From Malacoraja senta (taxonomy: Eukaryota), in NCBI GenBank assembly GCA_038087875.1, contig CM075989.1:20896001-20960000 (forward strand): DNA of 64,000 bases, read 5' to 3'. Positions within the stretch are counted from its first letter, which is position 1; each line of letters begins with the position of its first letter. A model generated the notes under the pieces. It was not told the origin of the DNA. It did not search any database and saw only the letters and a program-made list of their open reading frames with translations. Positions 12,166 to 23,202 of this stretch are shown piece by piece. The position numbers were made by a program, and so were the translations under genes.

Positions 12166-14381
12166 AAGATGTTCTTAAACCTGTTCAGGGTTTTCAAACT
12201 CTTGTACCTTCTTCCTGATGGTAGGAGTGAAATGGGAGCATGGTTTGAGTCTTTCATGATGCTGGCTGCCTTTTTGAAGTCTTATTTCCTTTCTTTTTCA
12301 TGTATATTGTTTTTGTTTTATTAGATTAGTTAACATTATGTCCTTGGAATCCAATGTATTCATTCCCAGCGATAGAGCATAGAATAAAAGGACCGTGCAA
12401 AACTGACAGCAGAGACGGAAACCGCATGGCTCTTCGAGTCTGTTCTTGCTAAGAAGGCGTTGGACAACTCCCTGCGCTAAGTTCAAATCCCCATTTGGGC
12501 AACAAACCCAAATATTGTTATGCATCATAATATTGTAATAGGTGTGCTGATAGTTTCTGCCTCAACCACCCTTCAGCTTTAAGGTGAGAGCGGCAAGGTT
12601 TAAAGAAGATGTGCAGGGCAAGCGTTTTACACTGAGGGTGGTGGGTGCCTAGAACGTGCGGCCAGTGGTCATGGTGGAGGCAGATACAACAGTGGCGTTT
12701 AAGAGGCTCTCAGATGGGCACATGGATAAGGAGGGATAGGGACATCAGTGAACATGGCATGAAATTTGGCACAGACATTGTGGGCTGAAGGGCCTGTTCC
12801 GGGTCCAGTATGGACTCGATGGGCTGAATGTCTCCTTCTATCTCTGTAAAGAAATATATATGATTGAGCCACAAGGAACTGCAGATGCTGCTTTACAAAA
12901 AAAGACACAAAGTGCTTGAGTAACTCAACGGGGTCTGGCGGCATCTCTGGAGAACATGGATGGATTAATGATGGGATGACCCAAAGAGTCCCGACCCGAA
13001 ACATCACCTATCCATGTTCTCCAGAGATGCTGCCTGACCCACTTAGTTACTTCAGTGTTTTGTGTCATGTCTGATCAACGATTTGTGTTCTATGTTCTAT
13101 CAGTGAGGTCTGCAGTTACATCTATGCCTCTGATACCCTTTTATACCCTCCAGCTAAAGTAAAATAGATCCTTCCTCATTACTTTATCAGGTCCCTCCAG
13201 GATTTGATGCACCTCAGTCTCTCTACCTACAAAGAACACAATCCCAGGATATTGAATCTTTCCTGAACTTGCCTTAAACCCTATCTCTTGTCGGGACGAA
13301 GAGGGCGTGATGAGGGTGAGACTGGTCCTGAGTGTGGTGGGTGTCTGGTACGCGGTGCCAGGGCTGGCGGTGGAGGCAGATACAATAGTGGCGTTTACGA
13401 GCGGACTGTTCGGGTGCCTGATAACAGCCGGGAATGACCCCTTCTCCCGTCTCCAACACTGCTCTTCCTTCTGGTCTCCCCGCAATGGCCTTCTGCCTTC
13501 TCTCAACCTTTTCAATTCCAAGAAGGGTCCCGACATGAAATATCGTCTGTCTATTCTATTTCCACTCCGCAGAGGCTGCCTGACTTGCTGAGTTCCTTCA
13601 GCAATAGACAATAGACAATAGGTGAAGGAGTAGGCCATTCGGCCCTTCGAGCCACCAGCGCCATTCAATGTTATCATGGCTGATCATCCACAATCAGTAC
13701 CCCGTTCCTGCCTTCTCCCCATATCCCCTGACTCCGCTATCTTTAAGAGCCCTATCCAGCTCTCTCTTGAAAGTATCCAGAGAACTGGCCACCACTGCTC
13801 TCTGAGGCAGAGAATTCCACAGACTCGCAACTCTCCGTGTGAAAAAGTGTTTCCCATCTCCGTTCTAAATGGCTTACTCCTTATTCTTAAACTGTGGCCG
13901 CTGGTTCTGGACTCCCCCAACATCCGGAACATGTTTCCTGCCTCTAGCGTGTCCAAACTCTTAATAATCTTATGTTTCAATAAGATCTTTGTTTTTTGCT
14001 CACAATCTAAACAAAAAAGACCCGTAATCCCTAGCTCTTTAAGATGAGTCGTTCTGACGGGGTGTCATGAAGTTAGCGCTCAATTGGGATTGAAACTGCA
14101 AATGTAGCTGGTTTTAATTCAATGTTTGGATCGAGAGTGGAGAATGGCGATGGGGTCCAGTGAGGTCCAGATCCCTCCAGCAAGGTGAAGCATATGATAG
14201 GAGCCTCTGAAACCGGGCACACTTCCAGATTCAGGGACTGTTTCTTCCCAGGCAACTGAACCATCCTACCAACAACCAGAGAGCAGTTCTGAGTTACCAT
14301 CTATCTGATTGGAGATCCTTGGACTATCTTTACTGGGCTTTATCTTGCACTAAACGTTATTCACATTCCTTTTATCATGTA

Positions 14382-14592
14382 TAGGAAGGAACTGCAGATG
14401 CTGGTTAAAACCGGAGATAGACACAAAATGCTGGATTAACTCAGCGGGACAGGCAGCATCTCTGGAGAGAAGGAATGGGTGACATTTCGGGTCAAGGTGT
14501 GAAGAAGGGTCTCGACCCGAAACGTCATCCATTCCTTCTCACCAGTGATGCTGCCTGTCCCGCTGAGTTACTCCAGCATTTTGTGTCTATCA
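14382..14592. mobile_element. Palindromic Penelope-derived terminal repeat
   Basis: Same inverted arms; further copies near 4710-5080, 9630-9820, 11150-11420, 12870-13065, 30965-31093, 33900-34030, 49398-49860 and 61815-61940. Confidence 0.75.
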
Positions 14593-16439
14593 TCCCTTCA
14601 TCATGTATCTGGGCACTGTGAATGGCTCAATTGTAAACATGTATAGTCTTTCCGTTGACTGATTAGCATGCAACAAAGCTTTTCTCTGTACCTCGGTACA
14701 CATGACGAGAAACTAAACTAAAACTGAGGTTTGCAGTATGAAGGGTTAAACAGATCCTGTAATGTACGTGACAAGGTTTCTCACAACAGGCAAGAAATAT
14801 TTATAGTGCCTGACAACAGGGAGTTTTGTTATTATTCAGCTGGAGTGTTTAATGAGAGTGCGTTGAGCAAAAAAATGAGCTAAACTGCGGGAGTGGACAT
14901 CGTGAGAGTGCGTCATCTCGTTTCATCAGGTAGTACGTTTTGCTGATCTGAGTTGTATGCAAAATTACTGGTCCCACCCAAACGGGACAGAAACTGAATC
15001 AAGTTCAGGCAGAAACAACCTTTCACATTTCTCACTAATGCCTAACACACGAGAGTAAGAGATCGGGTAGACGCACAGAATCTCTTGCCCAGAGTAAGGG
15101 AATCGAAAACCAGAGGACAGAGGTTTAAGGTGTACGAATTAATGGTAATACGAATATCACTGTACCTTAATTGGTACACATGACAATAAAAGACCTTTGA
15201 AACCTCTGAAAGTGAGGAGGGGGTGGGAGGAAGATTTAATAGGAACCAAAGGGGTAACGTTTTCACACAAAGGGTGGTGGGTGTATGGAATGAGCTGCTG
15301 GAGGAGGTAGTTGAGGCTGGGACTATCCCAACGTTTAAGAAACATTTAGATAGGTACATGGACAGGACAGGTTTAGAGGGATATGGGCCAAACGCAAGCA
15401 GGTAGGACGAGTGTAGGTGGGACATGTTGGCCGGTGTGGGTAAGTTGTGTCCCACATAAATGGGACCAAAACTGAATCAGGTTTGTGCAGAAACATTCTT
15501 TCACATATGTTAATACATACGTTTTTTTTTGTAAGGCAGCCTTTCCTTTTTTAAGATACCTTTATATTCTGTGATGGTCCAGCAATTCTCTATCGGTTGT
15601 TCATAACATACCTAAAAGAGCATGTCCATTTTATACAGTCATAGAGCATTACAGCATGGAAACATGCTCTTTGGTCCAACTTGCCTCAACAGCCTTCTGT
15701 GGCAATTAACTCCTCAGATTCACCACCCATTGACTAAAGAAATTCTGTATGGCATACCTGATCTGTTTGGATAGCTTGCAAAACAAAAGTAGACACAAGG
15801 AACTGCAGATGCTGGTTACAAGAAAAGACACACAGTGCTGGGGTTACAGCGGATCAGACAGCATCTCAGGAGTTTATGAATCTCATATCTTCTGTCTTTA
15901 CATCTCTGGCCTATGTTCAACCAATTGGCTATCAACACCCCCCCCCCCCCTGATTAGTACAAGTTAGTACCTGATTAGTACAGGTGTCAGAAGTTGTGGG
16001 GAGAAGGCAGGAGAATGAGGTTGGGAGGAGAGATAGATCAGTCATGATTGAATGGCAGAGTAGAGTTGATGAGCCGGACAGCCTAATTCTACTCCTATTA
16101 CTGATGAACTTATGACGCCCCCTCCCTCATCTGTATCCACCTATCACTTGCCAGACTTTGTCCTGCCCCTTCTCTCCACCAGCTTTCTTCCTCCAAATCC
16201 CCCCCCCCCCCAATCAATCCTAACTGGGGTCCCAACCCGAAACATCACCCACCATATTCCCCAGGGATGCTGCCTGACCCGTGGAGTTACTCCAGCACCT
16301 TGTGTTTATTTTTTGGCTGTAAAACAAAGCTTTTCTCTGTACCTCAGTACATGTGACAATAATAATCCTAAACCTAAACCTATGTTGTGGTTGGAGTCAT
16401 CCACGTGCATTCACGTACACCGAGCTCTGACAATGAAAC

Positions 16440-16680
16440 GTGTAGGAAGGAACTGCAGATGCTGGTTTAAACCAAAGATAGACACATAAAGCTGGAGTAA
16501 CTCGGCAGGTCAGGCAGCATCGCTGGAGAAAAGGGATAGGTGACGTTTCGGGTCGAGACCCTTCTCTTTGAAGGGACTGAAGTCTGAAGAAGGGTCTCCA
16601 CCCGAAACGTCACCTATTCCTTTTCTCCAGAGATGCTGTCTGACCCGCTGAGTTACTCCAGCTCTTTGAGTCTATCTTCG
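16440..16680. mobile_element. Palindromic Penelope-derived terminal repeat with hammerhead core (16584-16611)
   Basis: CTGAAGAAGGGTCTCCACCCGAAACGTC, preceded by an antisense arm. Confidence 0.75.
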
Positions 16681-17894
16681 ATGCAGCAGTAGGGATTGGT
16701 ATAAATTGTGTTAAACATTGATGTGGACCCAGGGCCTGCTTCACTTTTTTTAAGACTATGACTCATAAGAAAACAGTAAAAGTAAGTAAACATTTTGGAT
16801 ATGAACCTTAATCGGAAGTTCTCCACCTCTCTCCGATGTGAGTTCAGCAACATCCTCTCTCCCTGCTCTCCCTCCGTGGCAGTCTGAGGGAAGGGTCTCG
16901 ACCTGAAACGTCACCCATTCCTTCTCTCCAGTGATGCTGTCTGACCCGCTGAATTACTCCAGCTTTTTGTGTCTATCTTCGCCCTGACAATGAAATCCAG
17001 CACCATTAAAATAGGAGGTTAAGTTTAATGAAACCTACTGCGTTATAATTATATTTTGATCGGAATTGATTTTGCTTGGAATGCGAAATCGCCTTAATGA
17101 GCAAAATAAACCTTTCGAAGAAGAAATCATAATTATTCTAATAGTTTTATTTGTGTGCCTTAATTCTGAGAGTATTTATCCCTAAAATTTGCTTTGCTTG
17201 CCTAAATAAACTTTATTTTCTGCTGAAAATTAAACATTTAACACACAGTTAGAATTCTAGATGGAACACCATTGAAAATGAAAGTCAGCATTGGTAAACA
17301 GACTTTCCTATATTATTGGCCCGAAGAACTCATTATCAGCATTGAAAACTGCTGCTTCGTAGTATATTTTTACAAAATGAGATGTTTTAGGATGATGCAA
17401 ATTGCTGAGGCATATTAACACAGCTCTGGAAAACAATCATTGCCCATAATTACTCACAGTCCATCTCTTCTATTATGACTGTAATCGAGCTGAAAAGGGA
17501 ATACATGGATAATTACCAGAATAAAGCAGAGAAATGGCTTCATCGAATGATATTTTAGATTAAACAAACATAACAAAGATACTTAATCACAGAATGGTGA
17601 CTGCCTGAAATGCACTGCCAGGGACGGTGGTGAAGGCAAATACCGACCAACATGTCCCATCTACACTAGTCCCACCTGCCTGTGTTTGGCCCATATCCCT
17701 CTAAACCTGTCCTATCCGCGCACCTGTCTACTTGTTTCTTAAACATTGTGATGGTCCCTGCCTCAGCTACCTCTTCCGGCAGCTCATTCCATACACCCTC
17801 TGTGGGACAATGTTACCCTTCAGATTCCTGTTAAATCTTTCCTCCGTCACCTTAAACCTATGTCCTCTGGTTCTCGATTCCCCTCCTCTCGGCA

Positions 17895-18367
17895 GTAGAA
17901 CTATAGTCGCCTTGTTTTTGATGGCAATCTGTTCGATGGCGTTGAGCTTGGCGGTGGTAAGGCCTTCAACATTGAGGTGCAGTAGTGCTAAACCTCGAGA
18001 GTTGGCGGCATTTAACGGTGCTGCCTGGCCTGGGGAGGCATGGCTTTTAGCAGCCTGCAGACGTGGTAAAGACATTGGTTTCGCTTTGTGGGCTTATGAG
18101 CCTGTAAGCTACTCGTGGAGGAGGCCGCGTAGAGGCTGTCTTTGTCTCGGACGCTATGGAGTAGCGATGAAGAGGTGGGGCCTCGTGGACAGCGCCTCCT
18201 GTGAGTGTGAGGACCCAACACAGACAGTGGAGCACATAGTCACCAGTTGCCCCAAACACCGGCCACCGAATGGTGAACGAGGTCTGATTGTCCTGGACGA
18301 TGACACGTTGGCCTGGCTCGCCTCAACGGAGCTGCAGGTCTCAAAGACATACGACAGAAGAAGAAGA
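17895..18367. mobile_element. Rearranged Ingi/Vingi-like non-LTR element: inverted 5' APE start joined to 3' CCHC end
   Basis: Minus strand LHLNVEGLTTAKLNAIEQIAIKNKATIVLL (APE N-terminus); plus strand MKRWGLVDSASCECEDPTQTVEHIVTSCP (CCHC knuckle); (GAA)n tail; imperfect TSD CTCTSGGCA inside a CR1 fragment. Confidence 0.7.
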
Positions 18368-18799
18368 CTCTGGGCAAGAGACTCGGTGCGTCTACCTGAC
18401 CCAATCCTCTCGTGTCTACTCATAAGTAATCATAGTCATGGAAAGCCAAAGTGCAGAGTGCAACTAAAACCAAAGTCTGTAGAAGATGATAGTTTCTAAG
18501 GTGGTGGTTAGTGTGGTCGAGCGTTCAGGGACAATGAAATTATCCTAGCCAATATTTCTCCATTACCTAACATCATTAAAAACCATTATCATCTGGGATC
18601 TCGCTGTGCTTGCCGACACTAATTTACACCAGTGACGACCCTTCAATCCATCCATGGAATTTTGTACGTTCATTTTAGGTCAGAGCTTTTTCATCTGTTG
18701 AATTGCATTGAAGCATTGCCACAACAGATGGTCAGAGTTAACATTCTGACTGAATAAATACTCCATGATCTATGCAGGGTACACACGCGTTTTACCGGA

Positions 18800-20500
18800 A
18801 TCACGGATTACAATGGGAAAAACAGGTGCACTGTTCAGCATACCGCTTCGCTCCCGGACGAGCTTAACACCTTCTATGCCCGGTTCGATGCAGACAACAC
18901 ATCACCCACCATGAGTCCACAGGTGTGCAGGGGGACTACCTCACTGACCCTACAAACGGCAGACGTGAGGCGGTCCTTCAAAAAAGGTCAATGATCGCAA
19001 AGCTCCAGGGCCGGATGGTATTCCAGGGCGGGCTCTCAGGGCGTGCGCTGATCAACTGGCGGAGGTGTTCACCAACATCTTCAACCTCTCCCTGAGTCAG
19101 TCTGTGGTTCCCACCCCCTTCAAAGCATCCATCATTGTTCCTGTTCCAAAGAAACCAGTACTCTCCTGTTTAAATGATTGCCGTCCTGTCGCACTGACAT
19201 CAGTCATCATGAAGTGCCTCGAGCGACTAGTCAAAACTCACATCTGCTCCTCGCTCCCTGACACCTTGGACCCTCTTCAGTTTGTGTATAGTCCCAACAG
19301 GGCCACGGACGATGACATCACCATGGCAACTCACACTGCTCTCACCCACCTGGACAAAGGGAATACATATGTGAGAATGCTCTTCATTGACTACAGCTCA
19401 GCATTCAATACTATCATTCCCTTAAAACTCGTCCCCAAGCTCCTAGATCTTGGACTGGAGACCTCCATCTGTGGCTGGATATTCGACTTCCTGACGGGCA
19501 GGCCCCAGGTGGTGAGAATTGGCAGCCACACCTCTTCCTCACTGATCCTCAACACAGGCGCACCACTGGGCTGTGTGCTCAGTCCTCTCCTGTACTCCCT
19601 GTTCACGCACGACTGTACTGCTAAGCACAGCTCCAACATCATCTTAAAGTTTGCTGACGATACGACCATCCTGGGCCTCATCACAGACAATAATGAGACG
19701 GCCTACAGAGAGGAGGTAAAGGCACTAAACAGCTGGTGCCAGCAAAATAACCTCTCTCTCAGTGTCAGCAAAACTAAAGAGATGATCGTGGACTACAGGA
19801 GACAACAGGGGAGTGGACACCTCCCCATCCACATCGGCGATGCTGAGGTTGAAAGGGTCAGCAGCTTCAAGTTCCTCGGTGTGCACATCACTGAGGACCT
19901 CTCCTGGACACTGCACACGGACACAATAACAAAGAAAGCCCGCCAGCGGCTCTTTTTCCTGAGAAGACTGAGGAGGTTTGGCATGGACGCCAGCATCCTC
20001 TCAAACTTCTACAGTTGCACCATCGAGAGTCTGCTGACGGGCTGCATCACAGTCTGGTACGGGAACTGTTCTGCCCACAGCCGCCAATCACTACACAGAG
20101 TGGTGATGGCGGCACAGCAAATCACTGGCAACTGTCACCCAGACGTTCAGGACATTTTCCACCGGCTGTGCCTGCAGAAGGCACACAGCATCATCAAGGA
20201 CCACAGCCACCCAGCACATAGACTGTTCTCCTTGTTACCGTCAGGCAGACGATACAGGAGCAGGGCTGCACGTGCCACCAGACTTAAGAACAGTTTTCAT
20301 CATCATGCCATCAGGCTTCTGAACTCATAAACACATCATATATGTTGATTATTTTATTTATTATTGTCTTTTACCTACCAATGTCACTTTTATCTTATCT
20401 TTTTTTACCTTAATTTTATCCTTGTAATATCATTGCTGAGGTGACCCGTTGTATTGTCAAACACATTTCATTGTACCGTTGATCCTGTGTTAACCTACAT
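18800..20500 (+). mobile_element. 5'-truncated Rex1/Babar-type LINE with an open 421-aa RT ORF (19065-20330)
   Basis: [45 protein letters not shown] and KFADDTT motifs; AT-rich 3' tail. Confidence 0.88.
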
Positions 20501-20855
20501 ATATCCGCGGCCCGGGCAGCTTCGACCACCCCGGGCCGCGGAGTTTGAACCGGCCCGTCGCGGACGGAGCACGGATTCAGCCGCGGGACTGACTTACCAT
20601 CACCCGGCGGGGTCACAGCGTCAGAAGCCTGGATCGCCTCAGCGCAGAGGGAGAACAAAGCGGGAAGAGACAGAGACTTTAAGACTTTTGCCTCCATCAC
20701 AGTGAGGAGGTGCCTGGTGAACTCACTGTGGTGGATGTTAATTTGTGTTTATTGTGTGTTTTGTTATTTATTATATGTATGACTGCAGGCAACGAAATTT
20801 CGTTCAGACCGAAAGGTCTGAATGACAAATAAAGGAATCTCTAATCTCTAATCTC
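20500..20855 (+). mobile_element. Non-autonomous retroposon with GC-rich head and structured 3' tail
   Basis: Homologous to 31150-31467 (minus); AATAAA followed by a short tandem tail. Confidence 0.6.
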
Positions 20856-21120
20856 TATATGACAAATAAAACTGAACTGAACTGAACTGCCTCAAAAAGG
20901 CAGCCAGCATCATCAAAGACCCACACCATCCTGGCCACACACTCATTGCACCATTGCCATTGGGAAGAAGGTACAGGAGCCTGAAAAATGTAACGTCCAG
21001 GTTCAGGAACAGCTTCTTCCCTACAGCCATCAGGCTATTAAACACGACAATCTCATATAAGCTCTGAACTACAATAGACTATTATTATTATTATTGCACT
21101 ATTTTGTTTGTTTTTTGAGT

Positions 21121-22940
21121 AACAATTGGGTAACTAACTAATTATATATAAATATATTGTGCGTATGTGTATTGCTTGTCGGAGAGGGATTTCCTCGGGC
21201 TGCTAGTCGATGCAGAAAAATCGATCGGACTTCCGTTCCCGTTTAAAATTTTTTTTTTTTTTAAATAAATCGCTGGACAATTTATTAGTTGGATTAAAGT
21301 AAAAATCGACTTCGAACGCCCTCAACGCCTTCAACGTGATGGATCGTAACATCAGGACAGAACAAAGGGTTAGTCGTTTATTTCACATATAATCTTGCTT
21401 CTTGGGGTGGCTTTAGTCTAATTTTACAAAGCGAAAATTTTATTTAGACCCCAAACGATTCGGCCATGTCTTGCCTGCCGATATGGGGTTAAAGCTCACG
21501 GCAACGGCAACGTTCCAGTCGATCGCCTTACAGAAACACCCACTCGCAAGATGATTAAAATTCACTTTTTCTTTGGACAATCATGTCATAACAGCATCTA
21601 AATCATCCATATTTTGTGTAATTGTCTATTCATAATCAATATTTTTATACTAAATATCCACATTGTGGAAAAAGTAATAATTTTGATTATATTGTAGAGT
21701 GGATGTTTCTAGATTAATTTATGGGATAATAATTTATTAAATTCCTTCCATTTGGCATATAAGTTCATGACAGTGAGATTTAAAAATAATGTTATATTGT
21801 GTGAATGGGATTAGTTTGTTATTTGGATACTTAGGCTATTTAAAAAATTTAGCCTTTTCTTAAGAAATGGATAGATGTTTAGGTCTAGTAATTGAATTTA
21901 GATTAATTTAATTGATTAGATGAATTTAATTGATTTGATGAAACTGATGAATATGAATTTTTTGTTGGGTATTTACTATTTGTTTTAGCGTTTAATTTTT
22001 TTTTTATCATTTCTACCTTTTTTCTAAAACTGAAAATAATAAATTATTTCTGTTAATGCTGTTCAGTGTTTTATTTCCTTTACATTTTAAACAGATGTCT
22101 CTGAAGAAGAAATGCAAAATTGTCAATCCAAATGCCCAGCAAAAGAGACTGATTTAGACAGCATTCGCAGAGATTATCTGAATTTGGACTACTCCAAATG
22201 TGATGATCTACAGGACATTCTTAATGGGAAAGTAGTGGGCAGAAAGGCATGTCATGCGTGGTTTGAAGAGCAAAAACTTGTAGTTTACAATGCCAAAATT
22301 GAAAAGTTGAGGAAAAACAAGGTGTACAGAGTTGCTTATTGGTTACAATCTGAGGAGTATGATGATGCTACTGTTTATGATATGCCAATGTACCAGCTAG
22401 CAACTGATCTTCTCCATAAAGACTTGGTCTATTGCTAGAAATTGTAATTTATTTACCTATCTGTTACGGACTTACAGCATATAATACAATAATATTAAAG
22501 TTCTGATCTTGAGAATATCACATTTTTGAATTTTCAAGGCAGTCTGGGTGTTTATTACTATTTCCGACACAACGGTCAATTTTGTAATTAGCTACAATTA
22601 GGTAACTAACTAATTATATGCTTTAATTTCAGGTCATCCAAGAAAGATGTTTCATATTCGTTTCAGAATGCTTCAATCTATAATAACTGAAAATTTCATT
22701 CAGTTCTCTTAATTTTTAAGAAAGTTATGGGCTTTTGACTGTCCTCGATCGCAGCTTTTGTGTTAAGTCAATGGAAAAGCAATAGGGAACAAGATGCTAA
22801 TTTCCAAGTATGAAAATGGCCATAGCTTTTTTAATACTGAAGATATGGAATTAGGTATCAAATTAAATTTATTTTTATGCTTTATCTGATGGGATAAATT
22901 GCAGACTTGATTTTTAAAATCTCAAAATTATGTAACATTG
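21121..22940 (+). mobile_element. Unclassified AT-rich transposon-like insert nested in a Rex LINE 3' tail
   Basis: Interrupts a Rex tail that resumes at ~22942 (compare intact tail 51360-51660); CpG-rich left part; repeated GGTAACTAACTAATTATAT. Boundaries approximate. Confidence 0.5.
22095..22438 (+). CDS. Orphan terminal exon/ORF in the insert; Tudor/Spin-Ssty-like by eye
   Basis: Polypyrimidine tract + AAACAG acceptor ending 22094; open frame to TAG 22438 in very AT-rich DNA; ATTAAA at 22494-99. Confidence 0.5.
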
Positions 22941-22980
22941 CTATATTATGTTTACATGTTCTGTTGTGCTGCAGCAATTA

Positions 22981-23202
22981 AAGGGCCTGTCCCACTTGGC
23001 GATTTTTTTTCGGTGACTGCTGGCGTCAAAAGATTTTGAACATTTCAAAATCCAGCGGCGACAAAAAAAATGATGAGACACTTGAAAAAACACCGCGCGT
23101 CATACGTCATCACGGCCACGCCACGCCGTGAATTTTTTAGTGACCTGATACGTCAGTCAATGATGACGGCAGTCGCCGAATCGCCAAGTGGGACAGGCCC
23201 TT
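22981..23202. mobile_element. MITE with 24-bp TIRs, PIF/Harbinger-like
   Basis: AAGGGCCTGTCCCACTTGGCGATT ... AATCGCCAAGTGGGACAGGCCCTT; TTA on both sides; related right end near 5985-6003. Confidence 0.8.

Noticed and set aside
18076..18150. Possible HDV-like ribozyme in the Vingi-like 5'UTR
   Set aside because: Could not build P1/P2/P3 by eye; the true 5' end is probably missing.
20590..20620. ACTTACC resembling the U1 snRNA 5' end
   Set aside because: No further U1 similarity or Sm site; lies within a retroposon.
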